NCBI GenBank assembly: GCA_013285655.1
Contig: JABDHI010000003.1
Coordinates: 1,310 to 65,309 of the forward strand
Reading direction: 5' to 3'
Source: Bacteroidota bacterium
GTDB taxonomy: Bacteria; Bacteroidota; Bacteroidia; JABEUT01
DNA: 64,000 bases
Below, piece by piece: positions 39,431 through 47,041 of the stretch. A program made the position numbers and the translations under genes. A model generated the notes under the pieces. It saw nothing but the letters and a program-made list of their open reading frames with translations, made no database searches and had not been told where the DNA came from. The first letter of the stretch is position 1. Every line of letters starts with the position of its first letter.

Positions 39431-39511
39431 GAACGCAGATGACGCTGATTTAATAAGATAATTAATGATTCTGTCCGTATTAATCATAAACAATCTGTGT
39501 CGTCTGCGTTC
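39431..39511. repeat. 80-bp hairpin-forming intergenic repeat element, copy B (gaacgcagatgacg ... cgtcgtctgcgttc)
   Basis: Terminal 14-nt inverted repeat with one mismatch. Shares the central tcataaacaatctg core with copy A. Confidence 0.6.
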
Positions 39512-39665
39512 TATTCTTTTAGGCAGATAGTTAAGTAGCGACTTTCTCTCTTATTTGTTAAAGAATGTTACAGGCTTATACCTGGCGTGTAATAATTCCG
39601 TTTGTCCCATTGAACCTTTTTAACCCACCGTTGTATTAGCTTCTGTAAAACCAATTATTCAAAGA

Positions 39666-40832
39666 ATGAAACGACTACTAATATTACTGATACAAATAAG
39701 CCCTGCAGCTTTTGCCCAGCAACCCGAGAAGATATATTCGATTGCTGTGCAGCCCCACGAAACGGCCTATTATACCACCCAGGCGGAGTTATGGGAGAAA
39801 GAAACGGACAAACACCCAAAGGATGCTGCTGCATGGGAAAATTACTATTTGGCAATGCGGTACAGTAACCAGGCATATAACATGGGTAATGAAGACAAGC
39901 AAAAGCTAATGGGCAAGATAGTCGATCAAATAGCCAAGAATGCTCCAGGCACTATAGAGTATTACCGGTGTAAGTTGAGTTACGATGGTTGGCCCAATAA
40001 AGATACTACAGGCAGGTTAGTAATGCTGAAAAAGGCACTGGCTATGGCTCCTAATGATAGGGCAGTACTGGAAGATTACATGATATATTGCGAAACAACA
40101 GGCCGCATCGATAAACTGAATGAGTTAAGTACGGCACTTTATAAGAGTAATAATTTCCCTTTAGGACTAATGGAATTTGGGTATAACGTATTAATGTCGG
40201 CTGATAGAAATGCTATTGTGTTTACCTGTGGCGATAACGACACCTTCCCGGAATGGATGCTACAGGAAACAAAAGGTATCCGCACCGATCTGGCTGTTAT
40301 AAATATTCCGCTTTGTATCAACTTTCCCGGCTACCTGAAACGGATGCTTAAGCAGAAGAACATTGTGCTGTCAGATGATTTTTGGAACAGGGAGAAGGAT
40401 TTGAAGGATATGAACCAACTAACCAAGATGATTGTGTTAGAGATCAATAAAACCAACCCTGAGGTGCCTGTGTTCTTTGCCATAACCTGCGACTTGCAAA
40501 ATGTTTTCCCTGATAGCCTTTACTGCACAGGCCTTGCCTGGTACTTCAGCACAACGCGTATTGATAACATGGCCAAGATGAAGAACAATGTGGAGAATCA
40601 TTTTCACTTAGATTATTTGAACGGAGGCTTGTACGATGATAACAGTATTACCAAAGATATTGTAGAAGACTGCAACACGCTTTATGTAACTCCATTTGCA
40701 TTGCTCTACAAGCATTACAAAGCCATGCGGGAGGATAGTGATAGGGTTACGTTCTATAAAGATTATGTGATGAGATATGCCACCAAAATGGGGAAGGAGC
40801 AGCAAATGAAAGAGTATTTGGAAGCCAAGTAA
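39666..40832 (+). CDS. secreted hypothetical protein that shares a conserved motif with the C-terminal (periplasmic) region of the DUF2723 protein at 50167..53346
   Basis: Signal peptide. FTCGDNDTFPEWMLQETKGIRTDLAVINIPL aligns with [31 protein letters not shown] of the 1059-aa DUF2723 protein. Confidence 0.55.
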   Translation: MKRLLILLIQISPAAFAQQPEKIYSIAVQPHETAYYTTQAELWEKETDKHPKDAAAWENYYLAMRYSNQAYNMGNEDKQKLMGKIVDQIAKNAPGTIEYYRCKLSYDGWPNKDTTGRLVMLKKALAMAPNDRAVLEDYMIYCETTGRIDKLNELSTALYKSNNFPLGLMEFGYNVLMSADRNAIVFTCGDNDTFPEWMLQETKGIRTDLAVINIPLCINFPGYLKRMLKQKNIVLSDDFWNREKDLKDMNQLTKMIVLEINKTNPEVPVFFAITCDLQNVFPDSLYCTGLAWYFSTTRIDNMAKMKNNVENHFHLDYLNGGLYDDNSITKDIVEDCNTLYVTPFALLYKHYKAMREDSDRVTFYKDYVMRYATKMGKEQQMKEYLEAK

Positions 40833-40837
40833 TACGA

Positions 40838-41416
40838 ATGAGCAAATATTCCATAATGACCGACAAGGAGCTAATGCTTTACCTTAAGCAGGGTGAGGTA
40901 TTGGCTTTTGATGAGCTTTATCTCCGCTACAGTAAAAGGCTATTGGGGTATTTTATCCGCATGATGAATTATGACAGAGAAAAAGCCCAGGACCTTCTGC
41001 ACGATGTGTTTTTGAAGGTGATTGAAAAGCCGGAGTTATTTGACAGAACACGATCATTTAAAACATGGATATATACTATTGCTTATAATACCTGCAAGAA
41101 CCAATATAAACATGCCGGTGTTGTAAAGGAGGCTCACGCGGAATTGAAAAGCACCGAAGCTGTATTGGATGAACGGTTTTTTATAACTGCTGCTGCTAAA
41201 ATGGATGCAGTAGAATTTAAAAAGGCTTTGCATACTGAGCTTGAATTATTGGCCGAAGACAAGAAGACCACTTTTATTTTACGTTACCAGGAAGATAACT
41301 CCATTGCCGAAATAGCGGAGATAATGGAATGTTCGGAAGGGACAGTAAAATCGAGGATACATTATACCTTAAAAATACTAGCAGATAGATTGAAAATTTA
41401 CAACCCATTAAATTAA
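40838..41416 (+). CDS. ECF-type RNA polymerase sigma-70 factor
   Basis: Region-2 motifs LLHDVFLKVIEK and FKTWIYTIAYNTCKN. A region-4 helix-turn-helix (IAEIAEIMECSEGTVKSRIH) is present. 192 aa. Confidence 0.8.
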   Translation: MSKYSIMTDKELMLYLKQGEVLAFDELYLRYSKRLLGYFIRMMNYDREKAQDLLHDVFLKVIEKPELFDRTRSFKTWIYTIAYNTCKNQYKHAGVVKEAHAELKSTEAVLDERFFITAAAKMDAVEFKKALHTELELLAEDKKTTFILRYQEDNSIAEIAEIMECSEGTVKSRIHYTLKILADRLKIYNPLN

Positions 41417-41422
41417 TACGTT

Positions 41423-41779
41423 ATGGATACACCTAAGAATGAAATGGATGACTTATTGAGCAATGCAATGCAGTTTACCGAGGGCGAAATACCCGAACCT
41501 GATAAGGCCAGGTACAATAAACTCAGAAAAAAGGTAGGCGCACGCAAACCTAAAACAAACCCTTTAGCAAGACTATTCAATTTAGAAATAAAGCTTTACC
41601 AGGCTGCTTTGGCAGTTACCGCAGTAGCTATAATATGCCTGGTGTTTCGTCCGGCTATTATTCCGCAGGGGACGGAGAACATGGGTATGCCCGGTTCAGA
41701 TACTGCCACAGCTTATAAGGGTTCTAGTTTAAAGAGTGATAGCTTCCTTGTGAAGAATTTTACTTCCGCTATTTATTAA
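41423..41779 (+). CDS. putative anti-sigma factor (single TM)
   Basis: It lies immediately downstream of the ECF sigma gene. One TM segment (LYQAALAVTAVAIICLVF) follows a basic N-terminal region. Confidence 0.5.
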   Translation: MDTPKNEMDDLLSNAMQFTEGEIPEPDKARYNKLRKKVGARKPKTNPLARLFNLEIKLYQAALAVTAVAIICLVFRPAIIPQGTENMGMPGSDTATAYKGSSLKSDSFLVKNFTSAIY

Positions 41780-41913
41780 AAAATGTTAAGTTTTTGCTAC
41801 GAACAAGGCTTTGTCGACTAAAACGTTGTTTAACGGGATGAGTAATGTCATCGGCCGATTTTTTGTAAAAAAGAAAAGCTTATATTTGCAACTATACTAA
41901 AAAGAGGAGTACT

Positions 41914-43014
41914 GTGGCAGAAACAAAAATTCAATTCAACACCCAGCAGAGGTTGTTCTTTCAAACCTTGCATAAAAGAGTAGATCAGTATTTTAAAACC
42001 AACGGAATATCAAAGAATGGTAACAGTACCATGTTTGTGAAGACCGTTTGCATGTTTTCTATATACTTTGTTCCGTATTTTTTAATGGTATTTGGTGTAG
42101 TAACCTGGATACCGGCTATGGCGCTGTTTGCAGTTATGATGGGTTTCGGCGCTGCGGGTATTGGCCTCTCGGTAATGCACGATGCAAATCATGGCAGCTA
42201 TTCTAATAATCCAAAGGTTAACAAATTCATTGCCTATAGTATCAATCTTATTGGTGGCCACTACCTTAACTGGCAATTACAACACAATACGTTGCATCAT
42301 ACCTTTACCAATATTCACGGTCATGACCATGATATTGACACTCAGGGTATCATGAGGTTTTCTCCGCACACACCGCATAAAAAGGTTCACCGTTTTCAAT
42401 TTATATACGCATGGTTTTTATATGGCCTTATGACTTTGTCGTGGGTTATGAAGAAGGACTTTATTCAGTTAAGTCTTTTCAGGAAGATGGGTTTACTTGA
42501 AATGCGTAAGAAAAAATTCAGCACTGAGTTAGTAAGGTTAATTATTTGGAAGATAGTATATTATATATATATGCTGGTAATACCAATGCTTGTTATGAAA
42601 GCGGCTTGGTGGCAAATATTAATAGGCTTCTTTATTATTCACTATACAGGCGGTTTATTGCTTGCACTGGTATTTCAACCTGCACACGTTACCGAAAATC
42701 TTGATTTCCCTCTTCCTGACGAAACAGGCAATATGGAAAACGATTGGGCGGTTCATCAATTGTATACAACATCTAACTATGCACCTAAGGCAAAGCTCTT
42801 AAGTTGGTTCGTAGGTGGTTTAAATTTCCAGGTCGAACATCACTTGTTCCCTACAATATGCCATGTGCATTATAAAAAACTTGCGCCTATTGTACAGCAA
42901 ACAGCCGAGGAGTTTAAGTATCCATATCATTCATTCCCTACATTCTTTCAGGCTATTGCCTCACACGGCCGTATTCTAAAGAAGTTCGGAAGTGAGCCGG
43001 TTGTTTCCTTATAA
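41914..43014 (+). CDS. membrane fatty-acid desaturase
   Basis: Three histidine boxes (HDANHGSY, HNTLHH, QVEHHLFP) and four TM segments. Confidence 0.85.
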   Translation: MAETKIQFNTQQRLFFQTLHKRVDQYFKTNGISKNGNSTMFVKTVCMFSIYFVPYFLMVFGVVTWIPAMALFAVMMGFGAAGIGLSVMHDANHGSYSNNPKVNKFIAYSINLIGGHYLNWQLQHNTLHHTFTNIHGHDHDIDTQGIMRFSPHTPHKKVHRFQFIYAWFLYGLMTLSWVMKKDFIQLSLFRKMGLLEMRKKKFSTELVRLIIWKIVYYIYMLVIPMLVMKAAWWQILIGFFIIHYTGGLLLALVFQPAHVTENLDFPLPDETGNMENDWAVHQLYTTSNYAPKAKLLSWFVGGLNFQVEHHLFPTICHVHYKKLAPIVQQTAEEFKYPYHSFPTFFQAIASHGRILKKFGSEPVVSL

Positions 43015-43089
43015 TTATTTTCACTCTTTTTAAGTTTTTTGTTGTGGGAAAGGAAAATCCTGTATTTTTGTGCCTCTCTTTGAAAAAAT

Positions 43090-43163
43090 GGTTCGGTAGT
43101 TCAGCTGGTTAGAATGCCTGCCTGTCACGCAGGAGGTCGCGGGTTCGAGTCCCGTCCGGACCG
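43090..43163 (+). tRNA. tRNA-Asp (anticodon GTC)
   Basis: GGTTCGGTAGTTCAGCTGGTTAGAATGCCTGCCTGTCACGCAGGAGGTCGCGGGTTCGAGTCCCGTCCGGACCG folds as a cloverleaf. Acceptor stem GGTTCGG/CCGGACC, anticodon loop CTGTCAC, T-loop GGTTCGAGTCC. Confidence 0.9.
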
Positions 43164-43179
43164 CTAAGAGAAAAAGAAA

Positions 43180-43209
43180 GCCTTCCCGAGTATTTGGGGA
43201 GGCTTTTTT
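43180..43209 (+). terminator. rho-independent terminator after tRNA-Asp
   Basis: Hairpin gccttccc-gagtattt-ggggaggc followed by T6. Confidence 0.6.
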
Positions 43210-43217
43210 ATTATACA

Positions 43218-43475
43218 ATGGAATATAGAGTTTATATACTACAAAGCCAAAAGGATATGTCCTATTACATAGGATATACTTCAAATATCGAATCAAGGTT
43301 AATTGAACATAATTCAGGGTTATCACGTTATACGTCTAAAAAAATTCCTTGGATACTGGTTTATTCTGAGATATGCGTTTCGAAAGGTGATGCTATTAAA
43401 AGAGAGCAATTTTTGAAAAGGCAGAAAAATAGACGGTTCTATGAGAGGTTGATTAATGAAAACAAAACCCATTGA
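43218..43475 (+). CDS. GIY-YIG nuclease family protein (COG2827/UPF0213-like)
   Basis: YRVYILQSQKDMSYYIGYTSNIESRLIEHNSG...IPWILVYSE is the canonical GIY-YIG motif. The start is chosen at the ATG at 43218; the ORF-track start at 43194 lies inside the terminator hairpin. Confidence 0.75.
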   Translation: MEYRVYILQSQKDMSYYIGYTSNIESRLIEHNSGLSRYTSKKIPWILVYSEICVSKGDAIKREQFLKRQKNRRFYERLINENKTH

Positions 43476-43483
43476 ATGCCTGC

Positions 43484-43541
43484 CTGTCATCCCGAGTACT
43501 CGGGTTCGAGTCCCGTCCGGACCGCTAAGAGAAAAAAAAGC
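43484..43541 (+). repeat. Chimeric duplicate of the 3' half of tRNA-Asp (tRNA fragment, att-like direct repeat)
   Basis: gaatgcctgcctgtca + tcccgagtact + cgggttcgagtcccgtccggaccgctaagag matches the tRNA from the anticodon-stem arm to the 3' end, including the downstream aagagaaaaa. The central 12 nt are replaced, giving a cccgagtactcggg hairpin. Confidence 0.7.
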
Positions 43542-43566
43542 CTCGCAGAAATGTGGGGCTTTTTTG
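43538..43566 (+). terminator. rho-independent terminator after the tRNA fragment
   Basis: Hairpin aagcctcgcagaaatgtggggctt followed by T6. Confidence 0.45.
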
Positions 43567-43667
43567 TTTAACTAACCGAGCACAAAGTCGGCAATGTAAT
43601 ATTCCACGGGCAATAGACCAATAACATCCCAATAAACAAAATAAAGCCAGTAAGAAATTTTGATTTT

Positions 43668-44177
43668 CTAGTGCTTAAACGCGATATAAATACCGTAAAG
43701 CAATCCTACGCATAGGCCCGATACAATTATTGTTGCAACGGTATTACCAATTGCCGGCCCGGTTGAAGTGAAGGTGGTATGTGTAACATCTGTAATGTCT
43801 GATTTCTTTAATACTACTTCATTGCTATCAGCAACTGTGGTCTTGGTATAAAGGCTTAGATCATGCTTGTGTCTCTTAACTAATGCGGGTGTAGATGGAT
43901 TTTTAATTTCACCTATAGTTTCAGGATCGGTGATCTTTACAAGCTGTGCATCTTTAATTCCAGCGGGGGTAAGCACAGGTTTATCTACTTTGTAAGTATT
44001 ATTCTTATCGTGTATGTAAACTGAGTATTTACTTATTTTACCCACCTTATCAAGCTCACTGCTTTTATAATGAACCATTGTGTACGTTTTGCACGAAGTG
44101 AGCCCGGCTGTAGCTAAGAGCATAAATAAAGCCCTGTTGGCAAAGATTCTCATAGTTTGAAAAGTGCGGTGTTGCAA
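43668..44177 (-). CDS. hypothetical lipoprotein with C-terminal TM anchor
   Basis: Signal peptide with lipobox (LTSCK). The C-terminal hydrophobic segment is IIVSGLCVGLLYGIYIAF. Confidence 0.45.
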   Translation of the reverse strand: MQHRTFQTMRIFANRALFMLLATAGLTSCKTYTMVHYKSSELDKVGKISKYSVYIHDKNNTYKVDKPVLTPAGIKDAQLVKITDPETIGEIKNPSTPALVKRHKHDLSLYTKTTVADSNEVVLKKSDITDVTHTTFTSTGPAIGNTVATIIVSGLCVGLLYGIYIAFKH

Positions 44178-44233
44178 AGCCCTAAAGTATAAAATATTTG
44201 TAATGCAATATTATAAACGTGTTGTGCAGAAGG

Positions 44234-45154
44234 TTATTGCATACGTATGCGCTTAACAAGATAGGGGAGTAGTATCTGCCGGAAGCCCTGCTTTATATCG
44301 GCTTCAACAAAATCAATTTGGTACTGCCTGCAACGGAGCATTAGCTCTTTCCTGTATTTGTTCATGGCGGTTACGTAATTCTCACGTACTTCAGAAGGGT
44401 GAACCTTTACTTCATCGCCACTCTCCATGTCAATAAACTTATAAGGTCGATTGTCGAATTTAAAGTCCTCTTCGGTGTCTTTATCGGTTACATGAAAGAG
44501 TATCACTTCGTGTTTATTATGTTTTAAGTGCTGCAGGGCCGCAAATATTTCATTCTCGCGGCCGGGCTCAGAGTCGAACATATCGCTGAATATAACAACC
44601 AATGATCTTTTATGAATGCTATCAGCTATAGCGTGCAGTGCTTCAACGGTGAATGTGCGCTTGCGTTGCTCAGGCGAGTAGGCATGGTATATCTTTCCCA
44701 GTTCGTTAAACAGCATCTTTTGATGCATAGGCGTCGACTTGGCCTGCGTATGCAGGTTTACTGTTTCCGAGAAAATGCTCAAGCCTGCTGCATCGCGCTG
44801 CCTTTTTAATAACTGAATTAGCACAGCAGCACACTGTATTGAGAATGACATTTTGTTTAATCCTTTTTCAGGAAAATACATGGAGGATGAATTATCAATA
44901 ACCACCTGGCAGCGAAGGTTGGTCTCCTCTTCGAATTTTTTTACAAAAAGTTTCTCTGTCTTTCCGAATAGTTTCCAGTCGATATGACGTGTCGATTCAC
45001 CTGTATTGTAAATACGGTGCTCAGCAAATTCAACCGAAAAGCCATGGAAAGGGCTTTTGTGCAAACCCGTAATAAAGCCTTCTACCACCTGGTTGGCTAA
45101 TATCTCGAGCCGGGAAAATTCCCGTAACTCTTCCGGTTTCAGCTCGTCAGCCAA
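44234..45154 (-). CDS. DUF58 (vWA-like) domain protein
   Basis: FHGFSVEFAEHRIYNTGESTRHIDWKLFGKTEKLFVKKFEEETN...VIDNSSSM shows the DUF58 signature and an MIDAS-like DxSxS. Confidence 0.8.
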   Translation of the reverse strand: MADELKPEELREFSRLEILANQVVEGFITGLHKSPFHGFSVEFAEHRIYNTGESTRHIDWKLFGKTEKLFVKKFEEETNLRCQVVIDNSSSMYFPEKGLNKMSFSIQCAAVLIQLLKRQRDAAGLSIFSETVNLHTQAKSTPMHQKMLFNELGKIYHAYSPEQRKRTFTVEALHAIADSIHKRSLVVIFSDMFDSEPGRENEIFAALQHLKHNKHEVILFHVTDKDTEEDFKFDNRPYKFIDMESGDEVKVHPSEVRENYVTAMNKYRKELMLRCRQYQIDFVEADIKQGFRQILLPYLVKRIRMQ

Positions 45155-45185
45155 ATGGCGAAGGATTAATTAAGTAAAAAGAGTA

Positions 45186-45503
45186 TTATAGTTGGCTCTT
45201 TAATTTGCCTTCTAATACCGATTTTGGTACAGCACCTACTTGCTTGTCAACTATCTTTCCTCCCTTAAAAAAGAGGATAGTTGGTATATTACGAATACCA
45301 AACTCTGCAGAAACATTAGGGTTGTTATCAACGTCTACTTTTCCTACAATAGCTTTTCCTTCATATTCCTTCGATAGTTCTTCAACAAAAGGGCCTACCA
45401 TGCGGCAAGGGCCACACCATTCTGCCCAAAAGTCTAACAATACCGGTTTATCTGATTTCAGGACTAATTCCTGATAGTTTGCGTCTGTGATTTCAATTGC
45501 CAT
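45186..45503 (-). CDS. trxA: thioredoxin
   Basis: 105 aa with the WCGPC active site (FWAEWCGPCRM). Confidence 0.9.
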   Translation of the reverse strand: MAIEITDANYQELVLKSDKPVLLDFWAEWCGPCRMVGPFVEELSKEYEGKAIVGKVDVDNNPNVSAEFGIRNIPTILFFKGGKIVDKQVGAVPKSVLEGKLKSQL

Positions 45504-45732
45504 AATTCAAAATTTATAATACAAAGTTACTAAAAAAGAATCGCTTTTGCGGGTGACCTTAAACCACTTATTCAGATTTATTAACATAGTTTAACTGCTA
45601 TGATAAGTACCATTGCTGATTATTGTAATGGTTTAAATTATTTATTGCAACATACTTATAATCAATGCTTTATTTGTTGTTTGTGGCACTAAGGCCTATT
45701 AATTATGTTGTAGAACATTTCAACTAAAAAGT

Positions 45733-45740
45733 TACTTTTG
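45733..45740 (+). promoter_or_regulatory. candidate -7 box TACTTTTG upstream of the GT2 gene
   Basis: Matches TAnnTTTG, 20 bp upstream of the ATG at 45761. Confidence 0.3.
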
Positions 45741-45760
45741 GCGTTCTTACACAATAACAT

Positions 45761-46492
45761 ATGCCGAAACTTTCAATTATTATACCTGTATATAACGAGG
45801 CCAGAACAGTTACTCTTATTCTCGATAAGGTGATAGAAGCTCCCGTTTCATATTCAATGGTTAAAGAAATTGTAATTGTTAATGACGGTTCAAAAGATAG
45901 CTCGCAGGCTATTATTGATGAGTACTTCGCAAAAAACAAGGAAAGGATAGAAGCCCAACAAGTAAGCTATAATATTCACCACAAAACGGTAAACGAGGGC
46001 AAAGGTGCAGCAATACATACGGGTATTAAATTGGCTACCGGAGATTATATTATTGTTCAAGATGCTGACTTAGAGTATGACCCAAGGGAGTATGATGTAT
46101 TGTTGAAACCAATAGCAGAAGGTTTTGCTGATGTTGTTTTTGGTTCACGCTTTATGGGTGGGAATCCACATCGTATATTGTTTTTCTGGCATTCTATCGG
46201 TAATAAAATACTCACTGCGGCATCTAACATGTTTACCAACCTAAACCTTAGTGATATGGAAACATGCTACAAACTATTTAAAGCTGATATTGTAAAAGGG
46301 TTAGATTTAAAAGAAAAGCGGTTTGGTTTTGAGCCCGAAGTTACCGCTAAGGTTGCTAAGGTAAAGGGAGTGAGAATATACGAAGTAGGTATATCGTATT
46401 ATGGCAGAACCTATGAAGAAGGTAAAAAAATTAACTGGCAAGATGGCTTCAGGGCTTTGTGGTGTATTTTAAAATACAACGCCATTAATTAA
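45761..46492 (+). CDS. GT2 polyprenyl-phosphate sugar synthase (Dpm1/PpmA-like). It is soluble and has no C-terminal TM segments.
   Basis: [14 protein letters not shown]...[11 protein letters not shown]...[11 protein letters not shown] shows the GT2 DxD motif and Dpm1-like architecture. 243 aa. Confidence 0.75.
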   Translation: MPKLSIIIPVYNEARTVTLILDKVIEAPVSYSMVKEIVIVNDGSKDSSQAIIDEYFAKNKERIEAQQVSYNIHHKTVNEGKGAAIHTGIKLATGDYIIVQDADLEYDPREYDVLLKPIAEGFADVVFGSRFMGGNPHRILFFWHSIGNKILTAASNMFTNLNLSDMETCYKLFKADIVKGLDLKEKRFGFEPEVTAKVAKVKGVRIYEVGISYYGRTYEEGKKINWQDGFRALWCILKYNAIN

Positions 46493-46494
46493 AA

Positions 46495-46953
46495 TTATTG
46501 TTTTATAAATAAGGCTAATTGCCTTTCAGCACCCGATACTTTTTCTTTTTCTGTAAGCATTGTATCTTTTTTCCAGTTGGGGTCTTTGTCTAGTAATTCG
46601 AATGGCATTCCGCCTTCTTCTTTTGAATACCAGTCATCCCAAATATATAAATTGCCTTTATGAAAACCGTCAGGATGCATAGGGTTTACTCCGGTAGTAG
46701 TAGGGTCAACATCCAAAGGCACTGATAAATATGAAGCATGGAAGAATATTCCTCTTTTTTTATAATCGGGATATTTAGTTTTTATGTATTCGCTCAGTTT
46801 ATTGGCAATTTCCTGATCGGCAGTTACTCTTATCGCCAAGTCGATGTGCTCAGATTTGCTACTTAAATTCTGTAGCATATACACCAGGTTAACAGTTATT
46901 ACTACTGCAATGCCAATAATGCTGATGATTTTTATTCTTTTTGTATTATTCAC
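46495..46953 (-). CDS. hypothetical membrane-anchored protein (N-terminal TM)
   Basis: 152-aa ORF with an N-terminal hydrophobic anchor. It is convergent with the GT2 gene. Confidence 0.4.
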   Translation of the reverse strand: MNNTKRIKIISIIGIAVVITVNLVYMLQNLSSKSEHIDLAIRVTADQEIANKLSEYIKTKYPDYKKRGIFFHASYLSVPLDVDPTTTGVNPMHPDGFHKGNLYIWDDWYSKEEGGMPFELLDKDPNWKKDTMLTEKEKVSGAERQLALFIKQ

Positions 46954-47041
46954 AGCTCAAAATAAATAAATATAAACGAGTTGATAGGTTTAAATAACGA
47001 TATTTCCTTGTAAACAGACTTTATTACTTATTTTTGGCTTA

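Noticed and set aside
43030-43326. 98-aa minus-strand ORF
   Set aside because: It overlaps tRNA-Asp and its terminator. Its translation contains reverse-complemented tRNA sequence, so it is spurious.
44234-45154. DUF58 (vWA) protein as part of a MoxR/BatA-like or defence module
   Set aside because: No MoxR AAA+ ATPase or Bat genes are adjacent. Its neighbours are trxA and a lipoprotein, so it appears isolated.
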